Assembly (NCBI RefSeq): GCF_009914755.1
Contig: NC_060943.1
Direction: 5' to 3' (one strand)
DNA: 64,000 nucleotides
Source of the DNA: the human T2T-CHM13v2.0 reference genome, Homo sapiens
Shown: piece after piece, positions 1 through 46,841 of the stretch
Numbering within the stretch: the stretch's first letter is position 1
Layout: each line of letters begins with the position of its first letter
Notes under the pieces: model-generated
Database searches by the model: none
Told to the model about the DNA's origin: nothing
Seen by the model: only the letters and a program-made list of their open reading frames with translations
Program-made: the position numbers and the translations under genes

Positions 1-13426
<13,426 letters not shown>

Positions 13427-13997
13427 GCACCGAGGACCCGCCCCAAGCAGAGCCGCCCCTGGGCCCGTCTGCGCCGGAGGCTGCGGCGGCGGGAGCCACG
13501 GACCAGACCAGCCACATCCAGGGGTCCTCATTTCTCCGGCTCTGGCTCTTGTTTGGGGTTCTCTCACCCTCTTTCTCTTTCCTTCCCTCCCCCATTCTCC
13601 AGATCTCCCTCTGTCTCCTTTTCTCTGTCTTTCTTGGCCCCTGTCTCTCTCCATGTTGGGGGTCCTAACTCCCCCACCCCATATCTACGTGTCCTCCGGG
13701 CATTGCCCTCTCCATGGCTCTGGTCACCCTGACCCTCTGCCCTGCCCACCGCAGGTCCCCCGGGGTCCCGGAAGCCCCTTCTGGCTGCACCTGCCATGTT
13801 TACAGAGGGCCCCTGGGCTGCGCGGCCCCAGCCTGGGCACCCTGATTTTTAAGCCATAGACCTGGGGTCAGGGCAGGAAGGAACTTCACTCTGCTGCTTC
13901 CGAGAACCTCGGCCGTGACATTCGGGGCCGGGCGGGACCCGCCCCACAGACTCCAACTTCCCCTCCAAACCCCGAAGTGAAACCCGCCACCGGGTTA

Positions 13998-14468
<471 letters not shown>

Positions 14469-14623
14469 TCAGGGCTTCTCTTCGATCATGTTGGGTTTTG
14501 ATTCTGTTTTTCCTTGACTGCAAAACCCTCTTTCCTCTCCTCTTTTGGGACAAGAGCCCTGGTTTTCTACGCTGCCCTTGGCCACCACACTGCCTGCCCC
14601 ACGAGCTGGGAGGCAGGTTTTGT

Positions 14624-14631
14624 ACGGTACG
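14624..14631 (+). promoter_or_regulatory. miR-126-3p target site (ACGGTACG)
   Basis: Complementary to nt 2-9 of miR-126-3p (UCGUACCGUG...); PIK3R2 is an established miR-126 target. Confidence 0.85.
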
Positions 14632-15239
14632 TTGTTATTGATATGATATAAAACATCAAACGTCGTGGGTGATTCTGTTGTCAGTGACTGGGCTTCAGTA
14701 CCACCTCTGCGTGTCGGGGACCCTGGTGTCTACGGGGGTCACAGCAGGTCGGACCCGTGGGTTTAACTCCAAGCCCCTCTGAGACCCGACAACCCCTCCC
14801 TCCCCCAGTTTAGCTGCTCAAGCCTGGAGAGGTTGAGGCAGTGCCCAAGGTCATACAGGAGAGAGATTCGAATCCTGAGCTCCCGACTGCTCAGGGGACC
14901 CCAGACCCCATCCAGCCCCTCAAGTGCTTCCAAGCTGCTTCCCCCGCCCACCGCCCCCAAATTTGAATCCTGTCGCAACCATCAGCTGTGTCCTTGGGAA
15001 AGTTGTATCCCCTCCCTGATCCACAGCTTCCTCATTCATTGCCAAGTGGCGTCAAAAGTCAAAACCCTCCCATGCCACAGGGAGGAGTCTCCCGTGTCTT
15101 TGATGTTCTCAAGTCGTCGGCACCTCCAGCCAGCATTGGAGGCTCTTCTCTGACCTCTCCTCACCCACTCCCATGCACAGCCCGCCGGGTCCCAGGAGAC
15201 GCTGAGCAAAAGCCCTGTGGGGTTTTTTGTGTTTCTTTT

Positions 15240-15840
15240 TAAAGAGTCAAGGTCTCTCACTCTGTCACCCAGGCTGGAGTGCAGTTGTGCGAACACAGCT
15301 CGCGGCTCACAGCCTCAAGCTCCTGGTTCCCAGCCTCAAGCAGTCCTCTCATCTCAGCCTTTAGAGTCACTGGATTACGGGTGTGTGTCACCATGTCCAG
15401 CTAATTATTTTTAAATTTTTTTAGAAACAAGATCTTGCCGAGTGCAGTGGCTCACACCTGTAATTCCAGCACTTGGGGAAGCCAAGGCAGGCAGATCACT
15501 TGAGGTCAGGAGTTTGAGACCAGCCTGGCCAACATGGTAAAACCTGGTCTCCACTAAAAATACAAAAAAAAATTAGCCAGACATGGTGGCGCATGCCTGT
15601 AATCCCAGCTACTTGGGAGGCTGAGATAGGAAGATCAGATGAACCTGGGAGGTCAACGCTGCACCAAGCCAAGATCGTGCCACTGTTCTCCAGCCTGGGT
15701 GACAGAGTGAGACTCTGTCTCAAGAAAAAAAAAAAAAAAAAAGGGTCTTGCCCTTTTCCAGGTGGGTCTCAAACTCCTGGCCTCTAGTGATCCTCCCACC
15801 TCAGCCTCCCTGAGTCGCGTAAGCCACCACGCGTGGCCTC
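15240..15840. mobile_element. Antisense AluJ-like element interrupted by a sense Alu (~15437-15742)
   Basis: Alu consensus; the older element resumes after the A-tail. Confidence 0.85.
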
Positions 15841-17699
15841 ATGGCGTCTTTGACTTGGACTCCTGTTTACCACCCTCCCCATCACACCCAGAATCCACAC
15901 CCCCACTGCGACGTCATTGTCCCTTCAGCCCTCCCCAACCCTGGGGCCTCACTGTCCTTGTCTGTTTTGTACAGCCACCTCTCAAGGCCCAACAAGGCTG
16001 AACCTGGGGCAAGTGCAGAAAGAAACCTCCACTCTGACCCAGTCTACTGCTGGGACCTTGGGACAGGACCTGCCTCCCTTAGCCTCAGAGCCCCCTAGCC
16101 TTGCCAGGCACTGTCCCTGCCATGTGTCCTGTCTGGAGATAACCCATAAATAACTCCAGCCCAGATTGTGCCTCTCACTGCATAGGTGCTCACAGGAGAA
16201 AGGTTGCCATCTTTATGATCCCAGCTATGCTGAGCTGGGGGTGGAAGAGAATATCCCGTGTGATCTCTAAAAACACTCAACCACTGGCTGTGTGTCCTTG
16301 GCAAAATAGCCTTCCCTCTCTGATCAGCCATTTATTTGTTACCAGCTGGAGTCAGTAGCACCTACCCCCAGCCCCAACTGGATGCTTCTGAGGGTTCAAT
16401 GATAAAATGGGTTGTAGGCCCACTCTATGCCTGGCACCAAGCCAGAGAGCAATACATTGTAGGGTTACATTTATGATTTCTTCCAATAGGGCTGGTGCCT
16501 GGTAACTACTGGAAAAATTGTAGCAATTATATTTATGGTTATTTCTTCAATCCCACCCGGCATAGGGTAAGCACCAAAGTTGGGGTGGTGAGTCTTGGGG
16601 AGCCTTTGCCAACGGTTTGGTCGTCTGAGGGATGGGCTCGGGGACCATCCAGCCACTGGGACTTCAGAGAAGCTCCGGCTCCCAAACCAGCTACTGTGTG
16701 TGTGGCCAGGGTCTTCCCCACAACTAGAGGGGGGCACAGCTGGGGACTCAGGTATATCTTCCAGCTGGGTGTGGGACATTTTCTTCCCTAGGATCCGATG
16801 TGTCTTGCCCTGAATGTAAGGCCTGGCAGGGTTGGAATGTCTCAGTTATTCCCCCAACACTCCAGCCTCCATCTGGGCCTTTTTTCCAGGCTATTCTCTC
16901 TGCCTTCACTGTTGGGGCCACTGTCCTGTGTAGGCACCAAGGCCTGACCATGCCATCCAGAAGCCCCAGCCTGGGACAACTCTCCCCCACCTGCCTCTGA
17001 GCCCTCCATGGTGACTCTTGTTCCCCAAACCTTATCCTTCTCCCCATTACACAGAAGGGAAAGCTGAGGCTCTGTCACTCAAATCCAAAGCCAGGTGGAC
17101 TCCAAGCCACCCCACCCCTATCCCAGACAGCACAGGCTGCCTCTCTCCCCCATGGGCGTCCCTTGAAGGCCAGGTTGCCCCCCACCCCCCACAAGCCTTG
17201 AACGATGAAAAGAAGGAAGGCCAGTTCTCTTCACCCCAAGCCAGAAGTGGGGCTGGGTGGGTACCCTAGAGAAATGACACGCCACTCCCTGCGCCAGCTT
17301 CTGCTTTCCGGCGTGGCTGTGGTCAAGCCTGAGTCAGTCCCACGGGACCACGGTGAGGGGTCTGGAGCGTCGGGGTCAGGAGTTTGAGGGGGGAAGGGTT
17401 GAGGGGCAGGATGTGGGGGTTGGGTGTGAGGGAGGTCACGGGCGAGACTGGAGGGAGGAGACCTGGCCACACAGGCCTTGCCCACTCTCGGGGGCCTGAA
17501 TATTTCAGTTACTCCCCCAAAACCCCGGCCTCCATCCCATCCCCAGCCTCCATCCGACGTCACCCCTGTTAGGTCACAGGCCCACTCTGAGAGTGGGTCT
17601 CGGGCCTCAAGTCCCCTAGCCGCCCCTAGAAGGTCTAGGGGTGCGTGGAGACACCACCATTCCTCTCAGCCTGTGTCTGTCTCAAAGGCCCCACCTCAC

Positions 17700-17974
17700 C
17701 TCCCCTAAAGGTAGTCTTGCGCCAGGGCTCACGTGCCTGGGCAGGGCTGATTGCCAAGGGGCCCAATGGCCTCGTGACTGGGGACCCAGCACCTGGCAGG
17801 GGTGGGGGTGGGACACTCAGAGGAAGGAGTGGAGGAGGGAGAGACGCTGGCCCGGGACCCGAGGGGCGTGGGCATCGGGAGGCGGGCCCGGGTTAGGGGC
17901 GGGACCGCCGCCTGGTTAAAGGCGCTTATTTCCCAGGCAGCCGCTGCAGTCGCCACACCTTTGCCCCTGCTGCG
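17700..17974 (+). promoter_or_regulatory. IFI30 promoter/5'UTR: TCACGTG E-box (17729-17735), CCAAT (17763-17767), GC boxes (~17863-17905)
   Basis: Motifs read directly upstream of the IFI30 ATG in GC-rich sequence. Confidence 0.65.
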
Positions 17975-22041
<4,067 letters not shown>

Positions 22042-22226
22042 TGGCCGGTGAGCTGCGGAGAGCTCATGGAAGGCGAGTGGGAACCCGGCTGCCTGCCTTT
22101 TTTTCTGATCCAGACCCTCGGCACCTGCTACTTACCAACTGGAAAATTTTATGCATCCCATGAAGCCCAGATACACAAAATTCCACCCCATGATCAAGAA
22201 TCCTGCTCCACTAAGAATGGTGCTAA

Positions 22227-22232
22227 AGTAAA
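22227..22232 (+). terminator. Probable IFI30 poly(A) signal, variant AGTAAA
   Basis: About 190 nt after the stop; no AATAAA before the downstream Alus. Confidence 0.6.
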
Positions 22233-22236
22233 ACTA

Positions 22237-22707
<471 letters not shown>

Positions 22708-22790
22708 TCACTTGAGCACAGGAGGTCAAGGCTGCAGTGAGCCATAATTACACCACTGCACTGCAGCCTGGGCCAGAGAGCAAGACTCTG

Positions 22791-22821
<31 letters not shown>

Positions 22822-23819
22822 GAGACGGAGTTTCGCTCTTGTTGCCCAGGCTGAAGGGAAACGCGTGATCTCGGTTCACCACAACCTCTGCCTCTTCAGT
22901 TCAAGCGATTCTCCTGCCTCAGCCTCCTGAGTAGCTGGGATTACAGACACACGCCACCACGCCCAGCTAATTTTGTGTTTTTAGTAGAGACAGGGTTCTT
23001 CCATGTTGGTCAGGCTAGTCTCGAACTCCTGACCTCATGATCCATCTGTCTCGGCCTCCCAAAGTGCTGGGATTACAGGCGAAAGCCACCACACCCAGCC
23101 AAGACTCTGCCTTTTAAAAGAAAAAGAAGGGAAAGAACATGTTCAGTGTTGTATTTTTTCCTACTGATGGACTGGTCAAATCATAGATGTATATATTCTT
23201 CCTTCGAGGAAGTGAGGCTTAATTCCACTCCCTACAAATATCTTTGTTTCTCTTTATTTTGAGATGGAGTCTAGCTGTGTTGCCCAGGCTGGTCTCAAAC
23301 TCGTGGGCTCAAGCGATCCTTCTTGAGGATCCTGAAGTGCTGCGATTATAGACGTGAGCCAGCGTGCCGGGCCCTACAACCACCTTGACAGTGAACTAGA
23401 TTGAGTAACTTGATTCCAAAGAGTAGAACAGGAAAAGTGAAAAAGAATACCCCGGCTGTGCGCGGTGGCTCAAACCTGTAATCACAGCACTTTGGGAGGC
23501 TGAGGTGGGTGGATCACTTGAGGTCAGGAGTTCAAGACCAGCCTGGCCAACATGGCGAAACCCTGTCTCTACTAAAAATACAAAAATTAGGCTGGATGCG
23601 GTGTCTCACACCTGTAATCCCAGCACTTTGGGAGGCCCAGGCAGGCAGATCACCTAAGGTCAGAAGTTTGAGACCAGCCTGGCAAACATGGCAAAACCCT
23701 GTCTCTACTAAAAAATACAAAAGTTGGTCAGGTGCGGTGGCTCACGCCTGTAATCTCAGCACTTTGGGAGGCCGAGGCGGGTGGATCACAAGGTCAGGAG
23801 ATCAAGTCCATCCTGGCTA

Positions 23820-24294
<475 letters not shown>

Positions 24295-24426
24295 TCAGGG
24301 TAGAAGTTCTGAAGTAACACATCTACAGAAGGGGTAGAAAAAGACAGATTAGAACAAATAGAAAGGAATAAATATAAGCACACTATGCCAGATATTGTCG
24401 AATCAGTATCTTTGTCCTGAGAATAG

Positions 24427-24971
<545 letters not shown>

Positions 24972-25380
24972 TCACCATGTTGGCCAGGATCGTCTCCAAC
25001 TCCCGACCTCAAGTGATCTGCCTACCTCGGCCTCCCAAAGTGCTGGGATTACAAGTATGAGCCACTGCACCCAGCCTTGTGTCTCATTTTAGAAGGTGGT
25101 GGCTTAGGAGGGAGTTGGGAACCTATCTAAGTTAGGTCTCTAAATGGTGTGAGCAATCAGGCATTTAATGAGCATTTCTTCTTTCTCTCTCTCTCTGTCT
25201 CCCCACCCTCACTTTCCTTCCTTCCCTTTTTTTTTTTTTTTTTTTTTTTTTTGAGACAGAGTCTCGCTTTGTCACCCATGCCGGAAAGCAGTGGTGCAAT
25301 CTCAGCTCACTGCAGCCTCCACCTTCTGGGCTCAACCAGAGTAGCTGGGACTAAAGGCATATGCCACCACGCCTGGCTAA

Positions 25381-25614
<234 letters not shown>

Positions 25615-25685
25615 TGATCCACCCGCCTCAGCCTCCTAAAGTGCTGGGATTACAGGCGCAAGCCACCGCGCCCAGCCACACCTGA

Positions 25686-25901
<216 letters not shown>

Positions 25902-25904
25902 TGA

Positions 25905-26150
<246 letters not shown>

Positions 26151-26441
26151 TGATCCACCCGCCTCAGCCTCTCAAAGTGCTGGGATTACAGGCATGAGCC
26201 ACTGCGCCCCACCCCGAAGTTCACATTTACAAACAGATTTTGAAAACAATATTTAAGCAGGCATACTATAAAACATAATTATTGTTGAAAAGCTTATTTA
26301 CAAGCTTTCATCTCACTTTCATTTAACTTACTTGTGTTCAACAATTATGCTTAATTACTCATGAACATTTCATAAAACATTGAAAAAATAATCATCATCT
26401 TAAGTTACTTTTCTTGTTGACAAATCAAGTATCAAAAATCA

Positions 26442-26880
<439 letters not shown>

Positions 26881-27324
26881 TCAATCTCAAAAAAAAAAAA
26901 AAATAGCCAGGCCTGGTGGCTCACACCTGTAATCCTAGCTACTCGGGAGGCTGAGGCATGAGAATCACTTGAACCTGGGAGGCTGCAGTGAGCTGAGATC
27001 ATGCCACTGCACTCCAGCCTGGGCGACAGAGCAAGACCTTATCTCAAAAAATAACCATCCAAGGAACCAAAAAAAATTAAAAACCCACATATGGGTCTCT
27101 CCTTTACTTTTTAAAATTAATTTTATTGTCAGGCTTGACATCCATTAAGCAAATCACCTTTTTTTTTTTTTTTCAGACAGGGTCTCACTCTGTCACCCAG
27201 ACTGGAGTGCAGTGAGGTGACATCACAGCTCACTGCAACCTCTGCCTCCAGGGCTCAAGCGATCCTCCCACCCCAGCCTCCCGAGTGTCTGGAACTACAG
27301 GCACAAGCCACAACACTCAGCTAA

Positions 27325-27829
<505 letters not shown>

Positions 27830-28391
27830 TAGGTTTATTTTATAGTTTTACAGTTTACACTTTTATAATCTTCAACATCTAAAGATAACATAAGCCTGTT
27901 TGACTAGTCTTAATTTACATAAGCAAATGTGGTTTTCTAAAGTCAATGAAATAGAGCTCCTTTACAAGTTAATCTTTAGGAATTCCATCAAGAGGGAGAA
28001 AGTGTTACATACCTATAACATATATATATATAAACATAAATAGGTGCAGTCAGAAATCTTATAGCTTTCATTTTAAAATTATAGCTGTGAGACAGGTGTG
28101 ATAATACAAAACTCACTAGTTTTTAAAAAAATGGTGGAGCCGGGCATAGTGGCTCACGCCTGTAATCCTAGCACTTTGAGAGGCCGAGGCAGGCAGATCA
28201 TTTGAGGCCAGGGAGTTCAAGACCAGCCTGGGCAACGTGGAGAAGCCCCATCTCTACTAAAAATACAAAAATTAGCCAGGCGCAGTGACTCACGCCCATA
28301 ATCCCAGTACTTTGGGAGGCCGAAGTGGGCTGATCACCTCAGGTTGGGAGTTCAAGACCAGCCTGACCAACATGGAGAAACCCTGTCGCTA

Positions 28392-28631
<240 letters not shown>

Positions 28632-29116
28632 TCAGATCATGAAAGCTTTGTGCTAACATTTGTAAAGACTGTTAAAATTTTTCACTTGCCAGTTGGTTTC
28701 CAAATTGCCCTCTGAGAACACAGTTCTGATCCATTGCAGGGGAGCCCCAAATTTTGGGCTTAGCCCAGGAGGGCTCTTGGCTTCTTCTAGGAAAGTATCC
28801 AAGGGTGACCTGGTGGTGTTATACAGCACCTTTTTTTTTTTCCCTGAAAGAGTCTTGCTCTGTTGCCCAGCCTGGAATGCAGTGATGTGATCACAGCTCA
28901 CTGCAGTCTCCAAATCCTGGGCTCTAGAATCCCCTTTGCCTCAAACTTCTGAGTAGCTGGGACTACAGGCATGCACCACCTATCCGAGCTAATTTTTTAA
29001 ATTTTTGTGGAGATGGGGTCTTGCTATGTTCCCCAGGCTGGTCTCAAACTCCTGAGCTCAAGTGATCCTCCTGCTTCAGCCTCCCAAAGTGCTGGGATCA
29101 CAGGTGTGAGCCATAA

Positions 29117-29550
<434 letters not shown>

Positions 29551-30162
29551 TGATTCTCCTGCCTCAGACTCCCGAGTAACTGGGACTACAGGCACACACC
29601 ACCACACTCAGCTAATTTTGCTATTTTTTGGTAGAGATGGGGTTTCACCGTGTTGGCCAGACTGGTCTTGATCTCCTGACCTCAAGTAATCCACCCACCT
29701 CAGCCTCTCAAAAAGCTGGGATTACAGGCATGAGCCACCGCGTCCGGCTGAATTCTTACTTTGCATTGGCTTGTCAGGTCCCAGCATTTCTCCCCTGCAG
29801 ACCCCAGAGGGAGCAGATATTCCCAGCCAATTGTAGCCCATCCTCATCACCAGAAACTAGCAGGGCTAGAGCTTTCCTCCTCTCTCTGGTGTCTGGCTCA
29901 GACTGACAGACAGATTAACAAAACAATAGCACACAAAGCTTATTCATTGTAGATGGGAGCCCTCACGAGAAAAATGGAGACCGAAAAAAGTAACTAGACC
30001 TAAGTGTTTGTTTTGAGACAGGGTCTTGCTGTGTCATCCAGACTGGAGTGCAGTAGCGGGATCACAGCTCACTGAAGCCTTGACCTCTCAGGCCCAAGCA
30101 ATCCTCCTGTCTCAGCCTCCCAAGTAGTTGGGACTAGAGTTGCACACCACCACACCTGGCTA

Positions 30163-30834
<672 letters not shown>

Positions 30835-30973
30835 TTAACTCAAAATTCTCAATATCAATATGCCAAAGTTGTATGCTGGTATGTTATGGGTGACATGTCC
30901 TGAACACTATCAACAGAAACATTCAAAAATTACTGCCAGGTATCAAAAGCTGCTCTTCCTGGGAAGCAATTAA

Positions 30974-31291
<318 letters not shown>

Positions 31292-31466
31292 TAATTTTAT
31301 TTTTTATTTTACTTTTTGAGGCAGGGTCTCGCTGTGTCATCCAGGCCAGAGTGTAGTGTCACCATCTCAGCCAGCTGAAGACTCAGCCTCTGGGACTCAA
31401 GCGATCCTCCCACGTCAGCCTCTCAAGTAGCTGGGACTACAGGTGTGCACTACCGTACCCGGATAA

Positions 31467-31745
<279 letters not shown>

Positions 31746-32020
31746 TAGCTCAGATTACAGACATGCACCACCACACCTAGCTAATTTTTGTATTTTTAGT
31801 AGAGATGGGGTTTTGCCATGTTGGCCTGACTGGCCTTGAACTCCTGACCTCAAGTGATCCACCCGCCCCAGCCTCCCAAAGTGCTCGGATTACAGGCATG
31901 AGCCACCGTGCCTGGCCAATAAATTCTTAATTTATCCACCATTGTCTCTCAGCAACCAGTAATCCATTTGTAGATTACCAAATGGTCAGCTCAATGTCAA
32001 ACAAAACTATGGGAGACCAC

Positions 32021-34552
<2,532 letters not shown>

Positions 34553-34706
34553 CTCAGTAACTCATGCCTGTAATTCCAGCACTTTTGGATGCAAAAGTGG
34601 GCGGATTGCTTCAGTACAGTTCAAGGCTAGCCTGGGCAACATAGTGAGACCCTGTCTCTACTAAAGAGGAAAAAAAAACAAAACCTCTCTTTAAATAAAA
34701 GTTTTA

Positions 34707-35189
<483 letters not shown>

Positions 35190-35378
35190 TTATATGAAAT
35201 GCAAATTTGTGTCCATAAGTAAAACTTTATTGAAACACAATCATGCCATTTGTTGACAAAAAGAGTGAAACTCTGTAAAATATGGGCCGGGCGCGGTGGC
35301 TGACGCCTGTAATCCCAGCACTTTGGGAGGCCGAGGCGGGCGGATCATGAGGTCAGGAGATCGAGACCATCCTGGCTA

Positions 35379-35696
<318 letters not shown>

Positions 35697-36032
35697 CTAT
35701 CTCGGTTCACTGCAACCTCCACCTCTCGGGTTCAAGAGATTACCCTGCCTCAGCCTCCCGAGTGGCTGGGATTACAGGCGCCCACCACCACGCCCCTGGC
35801 TAATTTCTGTATTTTTAATAGAGATGGGGTTTTACCATGTTGGCCAGGCTGGTTTTGAATTCCTGACCTCAGGTGATCCAGCTGCCTCCGCCTCCCAAAC
35901 TGTTTGGGATTACAGGCGTGAGCCACTGCGCCTGGCCAATCCCCACCTTCTTGACTGACCATTTAAAAAATGTAAGAAACACCTTTAGCTCATCATGAGC
36001 AGCACAAAACAGGCAGGGACAGGATTTGGCCC

Positions 36033-36417
36033 TGAGGCAGGAGAATAGGTCTGGAGGCAGGGAACATAAGGCCAAATCAAATGGAAACAATTCAGCTATG
36101 ACAGGAAATATCTTCTCCATTTAAAGAGGGCATACATCCAGTAAATGACTTTGTAACTTTACTTCATCCTCTTCATTTACATAGGACGTACATTAAGTAA
36201 CCAGTGAAAACCTCTAGAGGGCATTTAAACCCCAGAAAATTCTTAAACAGGTCTCTTGAGTCCGTATGCTCCACTGGCTCCCACCCTGCGGAGTGTACTT
36301 TCGTTTTCAATAAATCTCTGCTTTTGTTAAGCTTCATTCTTTCCTTGCTTTGTTTGTGCACTTTGTCCAATTCTTTGTTCAAGATGCCAAGAACCTGCAC
36401 ACCTTCAACAGTTAACA
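36033..36417 (+). mobile_element. Solo ERV1 LTR (MER51-like) with 4-bp TSD GCCC, inserted in a MER58-like DNA element
   Basis: TG...CA ends, internal AATAAA, GCCC at 36029-36032 and 36418-36421; flanks rejoin as ggatttggccc|acaggcagtagtttgc (MER58-type end). Confidence 0.8.
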
Positions 36418-36478
36418 GCCCACAGGCAGTAGTTTGCGACTCTAGTAGAGAATGCATAGGGATTTCCATTGAAAATCA

Positions 36479-36796
<318 letters not shown>

Positions 36797-36899
36797 CTAC
36801 GGGAACGGTATAATTAGGATATAATTGTTTCTGGCCACAGATCACATCCCTTCTGGTTAAGTCCAGGAGAATCTGGAAATACGTAGGGCAACCAGGCCA

Positions 36900-37404
36900 G
36901 AAGGCGTTGTAACTGCCTAAGATTGACCAACCCTAACGCGGGAGGCGGGACGACGGTCACTGATTTGCCAGCGTGACGCCGGTCTGCGACTGGCCAGTGC
37001 CGTCCTGGGCGTGTCGGTAGGACGGGGCTGCGACGGTTTCCCATAGGCTGGCACAGAAAGGGGCGGGGAAACAAGAGTGCAACGTTACCAATCGGCATGC
37101 GGGACGTAACGCAATTCTTTTTTCCGATTGGTCCGTGAAGCTCGGGAGGTCGTTGGGGGCTCGACCTTGGGATAGAACGCCTGCCTTTTATTGGTCAATA
37201 CTCTTCGGGCCGGGCAATGTGGCTCCCCGAGGCTGCCTGCGATTGGTGAACGCGTCGCGGCTCGGGGCGGACCTGCGGACTGAAGATCCTTATGCGATTG
37301 GCCGGGGAGCCGGAGGGGCGGGCAATTTGGGATCGACAGTGACTCGCGACTGGTCGGCGCGGCGAAAGCAGAGCGGCGCGCCGGTTCCTTGGTTCCTGAG
37401 GGCG
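36900..37404 (+). promoter_or_regulatory. MPV17L2 CpG-island promoter with five CCAAT/ATTGG boxes (37088, 37127, 37190, 37242, 37297) and GC boxes
   Basis: Motifs read directly; CpG-dense; upstream of the ATG at 37405. Confidence 0.8.
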
Positions 37405-40296
<2,892 letters not shown>

Positions 40297-40682
40297 TCAG
40301 CTCCGGAGCATTGGGCTGAGCCGCCCTTTCCAAGCTCACTTCTGGGACTGAGTTTCCTCAACCGGAACACACCCATGAAGATGGATGATCATCCCCTAGC
40401 CCTTCTCAGCAGGAACCTCATGTGACCTGTGACCAAGATGTCCCATCCTCAGCACAGGGCCCACTCTGCCAACCAGTCTCAAGCACCAGCCCCTCAACAC
40501 TGCCATCCACCTGGCTCTGGGCCAAGCCACCAATCCAGAGCTCCCTCAGGTCCTGGGACTAAGGCGGGGACATGACTGATCCCCTCAGAGCAGGCTCAGG
40601 CCTGGAGTCGGCCCCCAAAAGTTTCACATAGGGCCAGGCAGCCTCTGTGTTTCTTTCCCTGGTCCTGAACTGTGGAAATGCC

Positions 40683-40852
40683 ATTAAACTCTCTCTATAA
40701 TGTAACTGAAACTGCTGGCTGGGCGCAGTGGCTCCCACCTGTAATCTCAGCCCTTCCCGAGGCTGAGGTGGAAGGATTGCTCAAGGCCAGGTGTTCGAGA
40801 CCAGCCTGGGCAACATAGCAAGACCCTGTCTCTATTTATATTGAAAAATAAA
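40683..40852 (+). terminator. MPV17L2 poly(A) signals: ATTAAA 40683-40688; alternative AATAAA 40847-40852 in the tail of an Alu monomer (~40717-40862)
   Basis: Hexamers read directly; usage inferred. Confidence 0.6.
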
Positions 40853-40939
40853 AATAACAAAAGAAAATGCTGTGGATGATCAAAACCAGGGTGGGCAGGA
40901 CCCGGTGCTCACAGGGACACACATGGATGGTCCATTCGC

Positions 40940-40945
40940 TTTATT
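40940..40945 (-). terminator. RAB3A poly(A) signal AATAAA
   Basis: TTTATT on the + strand, ~650 nt beyond the RAB3A stop. Confidence 0.8.
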
Positions 40946-41592
40946 GGGTGCGTGTAGTGTTGTCATGACATCTCCTAAGGAACTGGGGGGCACGTTTGAC
41001 ACTCATGAGGTCAGAACAGGTCTGGTGGGCGGGGGGGGGGGGGGTCCCAGGGTGGTGAATACCCACAGCACACCCCCCCACCAAAAGAGAAAACGGGGAG
41101 AGGAGCCTGGCAGGCCAGACTCTGATCCCCATGGTCCACACAGGGAAACCCCCAACAGCGGCCTCGGCCCACCGCGGCAGAGCCGAGGGGCTGGCAGGCC
41201 TGGCCACCTCCCATTGCCCGATCAGCCTGCTTTAGGGTGTCATCTGGCCCCTCTTCACAACTGACAACTGTGGATGGGGGTGAATTTTAAAAAAAGGCGG
41301 GGGGGGGGTTCAGGAGGGTGAGCGGTGAGTTCACGGGGCCACGAGACACCACAGCTGAGTGGGGAAAGGGCTATATGTACAGGAGGGGCAGGGCTTGGGG
41401 CGGGCAGGGGAGCCTGGGCCCCTGGGGGACATCTTCAATAAATAAATAAATAGCTACAATAATAAATAAGGGTGACGGGCTAAGTCAGGAGCAGGGGTCT
41501 TGTGCCCGTGGCTGGTAGGGGCCGGGTCAGGCCCGGGTAGTTGGGGGAAGGTGGGGAAGACAGGGAAGAGGGGAAAGGGAGTGGGATGGCTC

Positions 41593-46841
<5,249 letters not shown>

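Noticed and set aside
37135-37404. 90-codon in-frame GTG extension upstream of the MPV17L2 ATG
   Set aside because: Runs through the CCAAT promoter boxes, probably upstream of the TSS.
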